DNA of 64,000 nt, from contig OX597827.1 of the NCBI GenBank assembly GCA_951406725.2, positions 16,306,001 to 16,370,000 on the forward strand, written 5' to 3'. The notes beneath the pieces were generated by a model that worked only from the letters and a program-made list of their open reading frames with translations, searched no databases and had not been told where the DNA came from. Below are positions 29,701 to 43,254 of the stretch, one piece after another (the stretch's first letter is position 1; each line of letters starts with the position of its first letter). Position numbers and translations under genes: made by a program. The DNA comes from Octopus vulgaris (lineage: Eukaryota).

Positions 29701-29859
29701 TTATATATAAATTGGAGAAAAACAAGTTTAATATGGAGTGGAGGTAGAATGGTTTTTTTCCCGGTAGATTTCCAAAAGATATCGTTATGATTTGGTTTAT
29801 GTCTATCATTGCTTGAATTATATTATACTGGTTTTCTCTAATTTATATATGTTATATAT

Positions 29860-29980
29860 TTATATTGTGAAGTTTGATTTAATACTAAATTGAATTTTTC
29901 CCTGTAAGTTTGGAGTTATACTCCCTCTTCTTCTTCTTCTTCTTCTTCTTCTTCTTCTTCTTCTTCTTCTTCTTCTTCTT

Positions 29981-30011
<31 letters not shown>

Positions 30012-30101
30012 TAATAATATATATATATGTATATATGTATATATGTATGTATGTGTGTATGTATGTATGTATGTATGTATGTATGTATGTATGTATGTAT
30101 G

Positions 30102-30133
<32 letters not shown>

Positions 30134-30152
30134 TATATATATATATACACAC

Positions 30153-30199
<47 letters not shown>

Positions 30200-30215
30200 T
30201 GTATATGTATGTATG
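29860..30215. repeat. Penelope-like end (29860-29925, minus) plus (TTC)n and TA/TATG microsatellites
   Basis: tttttccctgtaagtttgga is the reverse complement of the motif at ~35426-35446. Confidence 0.7.
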
Positions 30216-30431
30216 TAAATCATAAATCCGAAAGAGAAGCACACTCTAAGTTATAGAGGCAGTAGACCAATAAGATGAAGATGGATACGGCCTGTCTATG
30301 GGGTTATCCTGAGTTTCGCGTCTCTCTCTCTTTCTCTCTTTCGAGGAGTAAGGTGGCACATCAGGTATCAGGTCTTCGTCAGGTATTCATGAGCATTTAA
30401 TAGTAGTCTTTGGACTTTGGACAATTGTAAA

Positions 30432-30734
30432 TCTTTATATATAAAACTAAAGTTGTGTGTGTGTCTGTCTCCTCCGATTTAGATTCCTAACTACTCCCAC
30501 ATTTTGCGGTGCAGTTTAACCAAAAGCGGGTATCTTATAGCCGTGATTCATATCGAGCCCTTCTGGGTATTAGCGCGCGTCTACGATGAGTCTACGATTT
30601 TTAAATAAATTTACCATCATTTTTCCGCATTTTTAATGATTTTTGCTCGGTTTATACAAGGGAAGTAACTCTCTAAAAATGCTTATATAGTTATTTCCCT
30701 TACAAACCCGAGCAACGCCGGGCGACACTGCTAG
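30432..30734 (+). mobile_element. Non-autonomous Helitron, same family as 28281-28681
   Basis: A|TC start, identical 3' hairpin, CTAG|T; lacks the internal duplication. Confidence 0.9.
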
Positions 30735-30911
30735 TACTTAATAATCTACCAGACGGAATATTGCTGAAGGCTTTCTGATAGCGCAGCCATGCTATAGCTA
30801 AGTTCCTGCTGTTATTCATCTTTTCTTATTCCATCATTTTGTCAAATTCTTCCGATGCTTCGGCATTGGTAGCGTATTGATTCTTTGAGAACAGTTTGAG
30901 GCAAACCAGTG

Positions 30912-31325
30912 CGATCTTTTCGGTTTGAACGGCAGTTTTTAACATAATATCCCCGTAACTAAACGCTTTTAAATTTCGTATACTGGTAGAATGTGTTTAT
31001 AAAACATCTTTTTCTCTTGGCTTTTATTGAGAAAATTCTATGGTTTGTAAGATATTTGTTGTTGTTTTTTCTTCAATTTCTGCAATTTCAACCAATCACT
31101 GACGTCTATTGAGTTAAAAAGCATTCTGTGCCGTATGAAAATGTCCCTCGTTTAAGAAACAGATTGGGTTTATTTAGATTTGTGAAGAAAAAAAACATAC
31201 CCTTCCCCCCACCCCTAAACCTAAAACAGATTGAAATGCAATAGATCGATACTAGGGTCATAATTATGGGTGACAATTTCATATGACACCGCTAGAAAAA
31301 ACGGCCGTTCAAACCGAAAAGATCC
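30912..31325. mobile_element. MITE with ~27-bp TIRs and 8-bp TSD
   Basis: gatcttttcggtttgaacggcagtttt ... aaaacggccgttcaaaccgaaaagatc; flanks aaccagtg / aatcagtg; partial second copy at 38798-39073. Confidence 0.85.
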
Positions 31326-31596
31326 AATCAGTGTATATCTTATATATGGCGTGTGTATGTATATCAAATGTGTGCATACATGTGTACTGATCGCTGGTGT
31401 TTAACCTCAGTGGTGTTTGACTATTTTTCGGGATGAAAAGCATAAAAGTAGAATCTATTGTATTCCCTATTCTCTTTGTTATACAACGTGATAAAACCTT
31501 TGCGATAGAGGTTTTTGGATTAGAGGACTTTTTCTTCACTCCCTTATCATCTTTCGTCAATACTCTATCACTTTTAACTCTTCCTGTAAGATATAT

Positions 31597-32094
<498 letters not shown>

Positions 32095-32479
32095 ATACTA
32101 TATCACACATGACTGCATCGGTCAGCCAGTCCTGAAACCAGTGATATCACAAGAGTCGTACTTAATTTGTTTACATTCATTTTGGAGGAAGCGTGAAACC
32201 CTAATATAATACCTTCATCTATAATTCATTTCTGTTCTGTAACGGATGAGGGGCAAAACAAAGCAAGGATGCACTCTAGTATAACAAAATATCATAAAAC
32301 CCTGAGAGTTAATAACTTAAGGATGTCAACTGCATGGAAAATAAATAGTCGACTCGAATATTTAATCTGATAATATTTGCAGTGTTAAAAAGAAATTTGA
32401 AGAATTATATGACACTATATAGTCCCCCTGTCCGTGGAACTGACACATGCTTTATATATTGTTAGGGGTTAAGAAGATA

Positions 32480-34200
32480 ACAACAGCAAGAAAAACAAAA
32501 ATTCTGTGTTGTCAAAAATTTGGATCTGAACTAAGGGTTTTTTGAGGCAGAATCTGAAAATGACATCCATTTATTACCATCACGTCAAAATTTTAAGATA
32601 CTGGAGCCACAGAATTTCAGTGTTTCTTCAATAAAGCAGCTTATGAGGAATAAGGCATGATATAAAAACACACATAGAAATTGGTTTTTCTTCAAAACAA
32701 GAATGTTTTCTTAAAATTCTTCTGAAAAATTAGTAAAAATCTTAAAATTTCTACAAGCAAAGTACATCGTTGTTTATGCCTAATTTTCCATAAATTTGCG
32801 TTCGGATGATTTTCTTGAGTGTTGTACCTCGGGAAGATCATGAGCCAAGTTCTAGCAATATTCCACCTTCATATCCAAATTCCATCTGCCTCGATACCTT
32901 TTATGTCCTGATGGAAACGTTCTTCCTGCTCGTCACTTGTGTCACCAAGATTTTCAAGGAATTTAGCAACGTAACTGTGGAGATTGTGCACTTTTATGCT
33001 CATATTTGTTGCCCAACTTTTGAAAATTCTCCAGCATGTTGTCAACTAGTTTGGTCTGGTTGGCTGATTTACAACTATTTCAAATAAATTCCATGCTGTT
33101 GCTTTATTGCAATTCATCGAATTTACAAAGTTACCATTTTTTAATCAATTTTTCTTATTTGAGACATCAGATACTCCGGCTTTTATCTTTTCACTGTTCA
33201 GACTGAGAAATGTGCTGCAGATATAATAAAAGCACAGTCCATCTTGATTCAGAGTTTTAACAATGTACTTCACTAAGCCAAATTTAATATGGAGTGGAGG
33301 TAGAATGGTTTCTTTCCCGGTAGAATTAAAGGCTCTGGAATAATGTTCGCTATTCTTTGATCATCTAATGTTTTTTTCGTGGCTCTGCTGTGTACACATA
33401 AAAAGCATGGATATTTCTGCAGCCACTTTGTTGCATCGGGAGAAAATTGACCACCTTAAAGTCCACTCATATCACTCACTGATGATTGTGGTACATAATT
33501 TTCTCTTGCACTACTTTCACAACTATATTTCTCAGCAAGTTTTGTAGTGTGAGTAATGAAAACCGAGGCCAAATATATTTTCATTATGAAACAGAACACA
33601 TTTCAAACTTCTTTTTGAGCTATCAATAAAAAGGTGCCGATCACTTGAAAGATATATTCCGCTAATTCCATCCTCCGAAGCAGTCCATCAATGTTCATGC
33701 AATACACCATCTCATCATTTTCTGTGAAGAACGGAAGAGATTCAGCTTTCCTAGTGTAAAAGAAGGGAACTTCGGTTCCTTCTTTTGGTTTTTTTTCTTT
33801 AATCGAGACGCAAGATCTTTCGCAGACACTTTTGATGAGTGTAAGTCCTTTACCAGGTTACAGAGTTCATTTTGATCAAGTAGCTGTGAGTCTGATGATC
33901 CCGTGTTGAAATAATCTGGATCATCTGTGGATTCCTCTGGCTCGGTTGATAATCCCTGGTCATCAACATGACAAAGTTTTGAACTAAATTTCCCTGGTAA
34001 ACAATGCATTTTACTGAAAAAATGAGGAAAATTACGAAAATTGTGAGGTTTGGATATCTTGAAATCTAGACGTGATGGTAAAAGATGGATTCCATTTTTG
34101 AACTTAGCCTATCAAAAACAAAAACAAAAACAAAAAATAGCAACAAAAAAAAGCGAAAAACAAGAACATAAAACCTCTTTCAAATCAGGTAAAAACATCA
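32480..34200 (-). mobile_element. Decayed DNA transposon, Chapaev3/CMC-like transposase
   Basis: Fragments QNELCNLVKDL, LFIDSSKRSLKCVLFHN, ILPPLHIKFGLVK, ENLGDTSDEQEERFHQDIK; inverted subterminal repeats ~32550-32600 and ~34060-34110; superfamily name from memory. Confidence 0.78.
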
Positions 34201-34494
34201 TGACAACAAAATACCTGTTGGGTTGTATTATCGCATAAAATTTAACGCTGAAATAGCTCTTGACATGTAAGTAGATGAAGTGAACTTCTCGGCAAATATA
34301 ACAGCGGTATGTTATTTTGGTATTGATCGATTCAACTAATATTTCTCTTACTACACGCATTCCACACAAAATTACAAAAATTATCCTGAATAAATGAGAC
34401 AACGAAAACAATGGAATGTATTTAATCCCAAACAAAACAATACAAAACTGAGCAACGTCAGTTAAGTACAAGCGATACGTCTTCATCTTTTACA

Positions 34495-34548
34495 CCACGC
34501 CACGCCACGCCACGCCACGCCACGCCACGCCACGCCACGCCACGCCAC
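34495..34548. repeat. (CACGC)n pentanucleotide repeat
   Basis: Direct observation. Confidence 0.95.
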
Positions 34549-35037
34549 ACACATGAGACCGCCACTATAGATAAACTTACTTATCCTGAGTGGAAAAAGA
34601 TTAATCTCAGCATGACAACTTATCTGTTTCCGAAACGGAGAAAATTTGTCTAATTGATTCGCAGTTTGTAGTCGATAAACTAGAATTTCGCCGGTTATTT
34701 ACAATTAGGCAATTATTGAACTAAGTAAACATCTAGGAATTAGATGATAATGTTTTCCTTTTTGTTCTGTCCAATCCTACCGTTGAACACCTACTATCAA
34801 CCATTCTAACCACTGCTGCTGTCTTTAATTCGCTCCGAATTAACCCTCGATGTTTCTTTGTATCTTTACAATCCGCTATGTTTTGTTTCACCATCGAATG
34901 CCGCCTGCTTAACCACTCAAACCATCAATATCGTTGTTCTAAATTTTGTCTACTTACCTGAACAATCATTTCCCTCTAATTGCTCGATATTTACTCGAAG
35001 TGAACCGACAACAAAAACAACAACAACAACAGCAGCA

Positions 35038-35250
35038 GTGGAGGTGCAATGGCCCAGTGGCTAGGGCAGCGGACTCGCGGTCGTATGAACGCGGTTTCGA
35101 TTCCCAGATCGGTCATTGTGAGTGTTTATTGAGCAAAAACACCTAAGCAGAGGAACCATGGTGTAACAAGGGTCCACGCAGTGGGATTGAATCCAGAAGC
35201 ATGTGGTTGGTAAGTAAGCTACTTACCACACAACCACTCCTGCGCCATAA
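35038..35250. mobile_element. SINE A head (plus) fused to SINE D head (minus)
   Basis: gtggaggtgcaatggcccagtgg... then ccacgcagtgggattgaatcc...ctcctgcgcc. Confidence 0.8.
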
Positions 35251-35281
35251 TATATCCACACAACCACCCTGCGCCTATAAA

Positions 35282-35793
<512 letters not shown>

Positions 35794-35812
35794 TGTATAT
35801 ATATATTCACAT

Positions 35813-35854
<42 letters not shown>

Positions 35855-36002
35855 TATTCCGGGATTATTCCGGAGCATATTCACCATTTACTTCAATTGC
35901 TACTTCCCATTTGCTTGGCAGACGTTCAGACCGTCATTTAAAGATGTTTTTTGTTAAATATTATTGTTTTTGTTGAATAAAATTTAATTATGCACCAACC
36001 CA

Positions 36003-36005
<3 letters not shown>
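35855..36005 (-). mobile_element. Internally deleted mariner relic
   Basis: TIR TA|ttgggttggtgcataatt joined to C-terminal ERLPSKWEVAIEVNGEY. Confidence 0.65.
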
Positions 36006-36033
<28 letters not shown>

Positions 36034-36201
36034 TGTATGTATGTATGTATGTATGTATGTATGTATGTATGTATGTATGTATGTATGTATGTATGTATGT
36101 ATGTATGCATGTATGTATGTATGTATGTATGTATGTATGCATGTATGTGTACATGCTTGCACGTGTGTGTAGCCATGTATGTTTGTACACCTATTAGTAT
36201 A

Positions 36202-36412
36202 CTCTCTTTCTCTCTCTTTTACTTGTTTCAGTCATTTGACTGCGGCCATGCTGGAGCACCGCCTTTAATCGAGCAACTCGACCCCGGGACTTATTCTTTT
36301 GTAAGCCCAGTCCTGATTCTATCGGTCTTTTTTTGCCGAACCGCTAAGTAACGGGGACATAAACACACCAGCATCGGTTGTCAAGCAATGCTAGGGGGAC
36401 AAACACAAACGC
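36202..36412 (-). mobile_element. SINE family D, 3' half
   Basis: Tail and body up to the internal microsatellite. Confidence 0.88.
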
Positions 36413-37048
36413 ACAAAAGTATGTTGATTCTTTGGAATTTAGTTTTTGTCCTTTGCAGAATTCAAACACCAACGTCACAAAGCTGGTTTGCTTATGTGAA
36501 GAATGTTGGTTGTTGTGAATATCTGAATCGGTTAATGTGCGCGTATGTGAATGTACTCTCGGATAAATTCGATTCCGTCGTGTGTGTCTGCCATTCACTA
36601 GCAGACTTATCTTTCAAGTTCTTTATTGTAAGCGGCCAGACGTAACTTCTTTGAACTTGTCAAACTCTGGAATACTTATATATAAATATATACCTGTGTA
36701 AATATACTATAAGCACTGTTAATATAGATACATACATGGACATGCATATATGTATATGTATATGTATATACATACCTACATATATATATATACACACGCA
36801 TCTATATATATATGTGCATATATATATATATATTGATAGATAGATGTGCGCACACACACACTCACACAGACATATATATATATATATATACGCATGTCAA
36901 CGGACGTCGATCCACATGCGTATACATATGTGATTCATATAATTGTTGTTGATTAACTATATAATCATATTTCTTTTAATCGCACGTGCGTGCACACAGA
37001 TATACATGTGCACAATAGATGTTTATATATATATATATATATACATAC

Positions 37049-37177
<129 letters not shown>

Positions 37178-37874
37178 CACATTTACGTAAGTCTTACGTT
37201 CATACATATTTACATACACGTATATTTAGAACGATAAATCTATGTTTGAATATATTTGCATGCATTCTTGTATGTTTGAGTGTGTGTGCGTGTGTGTGTG
37301 TATGTGTGTTTGAATATATATTTATATGTGTGTGTGCATGCATGTATATATACACATACACGTGTGTGTGTGTATGTGAGTAAGTGTGTGCGTGTGTTTT
37401 GAGTATGTATTTATGTGTGTATATGTGCGTGTGTGTTTGTTTGTATCGACAAGCCTAACCATCTATAATCATACAAAGAACATATTCACATACATACGTA
37501 CATGCACACCTCTTCATCCACACACATACACACACACGTACACACACTGGCTTCCGTATATATCTACATACAAATCGAACAGTTATATCGATGAATCTTT
37601 CCTCAAATGAAATGACCTGGCTCTTTTAAGAAGCCGCATGTTTGAATATTAAGTCGTTTGATCGAGATTATAAAAAAAAGATGCCATCTTTGTTTCGTGG
37701 TTTATCCTTCCACCATTTTGCTTTAGTATTTGTGTCTGGCAAAATAATACTTTTCCTGAATCCTGTTCAGAAATAAATTGGAAATCTTTTAAGACTCTAA
37801 CCTGTTTATAAAATATAGTTCCTTCTCTGTTTTTGTATCTCTTACAGCTCTTTTAGGAACGAATTTGCTTGGAA

Positions 37875-37876
<2 letters not shown>

Positions 37877-37963
<87 letters not shown>

Positions 37964-38310
37964 GTGTTTATGTGTGTGTATCTTTCTGTGTGTGTCTGTT
38001 TGTGTGTGTGTCTGTGTGTATGTGTATGTTTCTGTCTGTTTGTATATGTGTATATGTGTATGTTTCTGTCTGTGTGTGTCTGTGTCTGTATGTTTCTGTC
38101 TGTCTTTCTCTGTGTGTGTGTGTGTGTGTGTGTGTCTGTCTGTCTGTGTCTATCTGTCTGTTCCTGTATGTTTGTCCGTCTGTGTCTGTCTGTCTTTCTG
38201 TCTGTGTGTGCCTGTATGTTTCTGTCTGTCTGTCTGTCTGTCCCTCTGTGTCTGTCTGACTTTCTGTCTGTGTGTGTCTGTATGTTTCTGTCTCTGTGTG
38301 TGTCTGTCCG
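37877..38310. repeat. (TATC)n plus degenerate (TG/TCTG)n repeat
   Basis: Direct observation. Confidence 0.9.
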
Positions 38311-38797
38311 TAAGTTTCTTTGACTCATTGTCTATTGATTTGTCGGCATATCGATCTGATATGGAAACATTTTCTAGGGATACCTCGTGCAAATAAGACG
38401 ACATCGTTAAGTTAAATAGGACACATTCAATTTAGAGCACCAAAAATATAATCAAATAATTAAAATTACACTCGTATCAAGAGGAAAGCAATTAAAAACA
38501 TATGCGCAACTCTTGTCAAGAAATGAAATAGAGACAACTAAAAAACACCGAAGTTGATTAAACGTTGAAGGGTAGGATACAATAAGTGTGTCTAATTTTT
38601 GGCAAAGACGGAGACTCTTCCGGACATCGTTTTGGCCATGTTAAAACTACCAGGGTCACAGTTATGGCTTAACATGTAATCATCCGAGCCAGGGCACACT
38701 AAAATCATGGGATGCAGTATCGCGAAGTAACGTGAGCTATTTCGGCAGATGGACTTATGAATCAATGACATATGTTGACCGTTCCCTATTTAGTGTC

Positions 38798-39073
38798 CAC
38801 CCATGATTATGACCCTAGTATCGATCTCTTTGCATTTCAATCTGTTTTAGGGTTAGGGTTAGTTAGGGGTTGGGGGAAGGGTATCTTTTTTCCTTCAGAA
38901 ATGTAAATAAACCCAATCTGTTTCTTAAACGAGGGACATATTCATACGGCACAGAATGTTGTTTACCTCAAATAGACATCATTGATTGGTTGAAATTGCA
39001 GAAATTGAAGAAAAAAAACAACAAATATCTTACAAACTATAGAATTTTCTCAATAAAGCCAAGAGAAAAAGAT
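38798..39073 (-). mobile_element. Internal fragment of the 30912-31325 MITE
   Basis: Reverse-complement match; includes ttagggttagggtt. Confidence 0.85.
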
Positions 39074-39228
39074 ACCGCTGAGATCAATTCACCCTTCCGT
39101 TTTCTTTCAGTATGTTTATGTCTTTTTGGAAAAATTACCTGATGGTCAGACCTGGAAAGGGACAGGCATCACTTGATCTAATATACAGAAGACATGGCAT
39201 GTATCCTGTCGACATCCTAACCTCTCTA

Positions 39229-39532
39229 AAGGTGGCGAGCTGGCAGAAACGTTAGCACGCCGGGCGAAATGCGTAGCCGTATTTCGTCTGTCGTTACGTT
39301 GTGATTTCAAATTCCGCCGAGGTCGACTTTGCCTTTCATCCTTTCGGGGTCGATAAATTAAGTACCAGTTACGCGATAAATTAAGTACCAGTTACGCGAT
39401 AAATTAAGTACCAGTTACGCGATAAATTAAGTACCAGTTACGCAGTGGGGTCGATGTAATCGACTTAATACCTATGTCTGTCCTTGTTTGTCCCCTCTGT
39501 GTTTATCCCCTTGTGGGTAATAAAGAAATAGG
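39229..39532 (+). mobile_element. SINE family C with 16-bp TSD and internal 23-bp x4 repeat
   Basis: catcctaacctctcta at 39213-39228 and 39533-39548; (cgataaattaagtaccagttacg)4 at 39351-39443. Confidence 0.95.
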
Positions 39533-39978
39533 CATCCTAACCTCTCTATTAGGGGTTGAGGACCCAACGAAGAAGACATTTTCAAATTTTCTAATCGCAG
39601 AAGACTTTCTGTATTCGGAATAAATTCAATTTTCTTGTTATATTCGTTATTAGTTAGTATATTCTAAACAAGCTTAATATATTCTCTGTTTTCTTGTTAA
39701 GCCTTTTGCTAATCAACTTAGCCTTCAGTTAAAAATATTCAACTGTAACTTATTAACAGCAAAAGAGTATTGCTACCAATTTACTATTTTTGGCATTTAG
39801 CCCAGTTCGCTTTCAAGTATTAACCTTTTCTTTCATTAGCGTCTTGCACTCTGTCTGATTCTTTAATTCCTATTCGGTAATTAGACATGCTGTAACTGCA
39901 GTGTCACCGAAAGGTTAAAAGGTTCGTTTTGCAATTCTGAAAGCCCAGTTTCGACTCTGAAGCTCTCCATCTTGTTTC

Positions 39979-40690
39979 TGCATCTTGGAGGCGCAATGGC
40001 CCAGTGGTTAGGGCAGCGGACTCGCGGTTGTAAGAACGCGGTTTCGATTCCCAGACCGGGCATTGTGAGTGTTTATTGAGCAAAAACACCTAAGCTCCCC
40101 TGCATCTTGGAGGTGCAATGGCCCAGTGGTTAGGGCAGCGGACTCGCGGTTGTAAGAACGCGGTTTCGATTCCCAGACCGGGCATTGTGAGTGTTTATTG
40201 AGCAAAAACACCTAAGCTCCCCTGCATCTTGGAGGTGCAATGGCCCAGTGGTTAGGGCAGCGGACTCGCGGTCGTAAGAACGCGGTTTCGATTCTCAGAC
40301 CGGGGATTGTGAGTGTTTATTGAGCAAAAACACCTAAGCCCCACGAGACTCCAGCGAGGGGGATGGTGAACCCCGCTGTACTCTTTCACCACAACTTTCT
40401 CTCACTATTTCTTCCTACTTCTGCCACAAAGCAGAGGAACCATGGTGTGATTAAGTTTCTGTAGTCTTGAATCCACCCAAACCTTTTTTTACGGAAACTG
40501 TGTAGAATCCCATCGAATGGATTGTACCACCTGTAATTCAAAGATCCATCCTTGTCCCACCGTGTCGCCCTGATTTCAATTGAGAATTATATTAAGGGTA
40601 CATATATCTGTGGAATACTCAGCCACTTACGCGCAAATTCAGTCAGCTTGGTCATTTAGTTGATCGAACAACTGAACACTTCTGGTCGGA
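39979..40690 (+). mobile_element. SINE family A with triplicated head (122-bp unit x3) and diverged tail b
   Basis: tgcatcttggagg.. starts at 39979, 40101 and 40223. Confidence 0.9.
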
Positions 40691-41004
40691 AATTCTGTCT
40701 AGATACATGTATTTTTTTTTAATTAGACACACACGAATTTCACAAGGAGATACATTTATTTATTCACCGAGGATGCAGCACAACTAATTAGATATTAGTT
40801 GGAGCTATGACCAATGTCGACGGAAGTTAGTAAGCCGAAAGAAGTGATAATGACTTGTAGGTACGCGGTATTTCGTATGCAAGGCGACGAGCTGGCAGAA
40901 TCGTTAGCACCTCGGGCGAAATGTTTAGCAGTGTTTCGTCTGCCGCTACGTTCTAACTAGTAGCGAATGGATGCAATTTGAAGTGCGCCAGGTGCGGATT
41001 AGTC

Positions 41005-41545
41005 TCTGAATGGGGACCACAAACCAGACATTCGTTGTCCGTGGAGTGATCCTTCGTTTCCAGATCATAGAGATGTGGCCACGTTTCATCACTGTCACCA
41101 AAACGTTTCTTCATTGGCTTCAAAAGCTTCCAGCAGATCAGAACAAATTTTCACTCTTCTCTACTTTTGCATTACTTTTGAGGAAGTGTCGACTGCCGAG
41201 ATAACCACTTTTCACACCCTTTCCAGCATCTAAAGTCTTCCACCATCTTTTGTAATTCATTGTGACCACAGCCCAGTAGTGCTCCAAGCTCCTGGATTTT
41301 GATTCCTCTGTTAGCGCGAATCAATTCGTTTAAATGCTGGTGATTCATGTCAGTAACCTCAGTTGGTGGTCTCCCGCTTCGGGATTAGCCTTCAATGTTG
41401 GTTTCCCTTATTTAAACTTCATCATTACTATTGTCAGTGTGATTATCTCTGTAAACGAGCTGCAGCTTTCTGCATATGTCGGACAACCTGCGCTCTTCTG
41501 TCAAGAAGTTAATGACGGTACGTTGCTTCTGCTTGGCAGCCATTA
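41005..41545 (-). mobile_element. mariner transposase relic
   Basis: KQRTVINFL, SRSGRPPTEVT, LNELIRANRGIKIQEL, DETWPHLYDLETK; several stops and frameshifts. Confidence 0.8.
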
Positions 41546-41819
41546 TTTGCCTGCAATGAAGAGAAATCCGAAAAACAAATTACTATAGAAGAAGAGTTAC
41601 CCTGCCGACTTATGCAATTTGAACAATTTATGTCAATTAATAGAAAATTTATGCCCACTTTTGTATTAGTTTCGAGGAAGTGTTTGTCACACTCGGTGTT
41701 ACGTTGATTCTGCTTCGAGTTTAGGTAAAGAAACAAGATTCAGTGGAATACTCAGCCATATACACTATAATTCAACGAGTTGGCTGCCCAATTGACGATC
41801 GATGGAGAGTCACTTTATA

Positions 41820-42000
41820 TATAAGGAGAGTTTACGAAAAAAAAACAACAAAAGACGAAGACAGGTGGTGTACAAAACAAACAGATGTTTTAGTATAACG
41901 TTCAAGAATAGAAAAAGTCTTTTACGTTTCGAGCCTACGCTCTTCTACAGAAAGGTACACAGAAAAAACAAGGGGAGAAAAAAATGTGCGTAGTGGCTAA
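41820..42000 (-). mobile_element. Penelope-like terminal fragment with hammerhead-like motif (41919-41954)
   Basis: Minus strand cttt-CTGTAGA-a-gagc gtag gctc-GAAA-cg-TA-aaag. Confidence 0.62.
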
Positions 42001-43254
42001 TGTGAATGTGTGTCTGCGTAGATGTGTGTGTGTGTGTGTGTGTGTTCACACATATATTCCTGACTGTGTCTGGGTTTTGGGATAAGTGTGAAGTTATGTT
42101 TCTGACTTTGTCCCCAATCCAAAATAAAAATTAAAAATTATAGCTTACCACCACATATTTATCACCTCTGTCAGATCTCTACTCCTCTACCAACAACCTC
42201 TTTAGCATACTACCCCTAAAACCCCTTTCCGTCTCACGAGCTCCCAACCAAATTAAGTACTGACCACGCCCATTATAATTAAAAATTATGTTCCGTTCTA
42301 AACTCTACCGTTTAAATTCATTTCCTCATCTAACGCTCCTTCATATAGAATGATACGCAAAACTAATGCAGATATCCACATCTAACCATATGCATAAGCC
42401 ATGCACTCGGCAAAACTTCAAACTCACTCTCAAAAAAAAATATTATAAATATCCCGTTATCCACACAATGTCCGTTGGTTTTATGTAAATAAAATCATTC
42501 ATTTAATTGTATTTGTATTTATGCAGATAATTAGATTAAGAGATGAACAGATGCTCACACATGCGCATATATATATATATATGTATATAGACGTGTGTTT
42601 TGTACGTTACACAGATAGATACATAAATAGATAGATATGCATACATGCATTATATTCACATGCATATATATATATATATTCATGCATTGTGTATGTGTGT
42701 ATGCATGTGTGTATCTATGTATGTGTATATATGTATGTTCATGTTTGTATATATATACATATATGTATATATATATATATATACAAATAGGTGTGAGTGT
42801 GTGTGTGTAATACTATGTGAGTGTGTGTGTGTAATACTATGTATATATATATATATGATATATATGTATGTATATACATGTATATATGTTTATGTATACA
42901 TGTATGTACGTACGTATGTATGCACACAAAATTTCTCAGAGCTACATTACTTGTATACACAATGTGAATGAATACCACATAATTAGCGGCTACAAGACAC
43001 AGCCTCTATATATACACCCGTCACTTCTTTCAGTCAGTCAGAGCGATATAAAGTTGCACTATACACACCTTAATTGCTATGCACTGTCACTGCACGTGTT
43101 TTTACACTTGTCTAATATCTAAAAGGACACTACGCATCTTTCGCTGCAAACCGCCGTTTCGTATTTTTTTATAAGCTCCGCTAATTGCGTTAGCACTTTT
43201 GTATGAATATACGTCACTTGTTGGCCCATATGTTGGTGGAAGTGATGGAGACAG

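Noticed and set aside
30300-30390. Minus-strand hammerhead (ctgacga..gaaac)
   Set aside because: No convincing stem I or stem III pairing
36459-36645. Plus-strand exon after tttttgtcctttgcag
   Set aside because: No recognisable protein and no partner exons
38450-38790. Tc1 transposase fragment
   Set aside because: Only faint motif resemblance across frameshifts
38845-38872. Interstitial telomere (TTAGGG)n
   Set aside because: Only 2-3 units and part of the MITE also seen at 30912-31325
39820-39918. piggyBac-like mini-MITE (TTAAccttt..aaaggTTAA)
   Set aside because: TIR too short and single copy in window; could be chance
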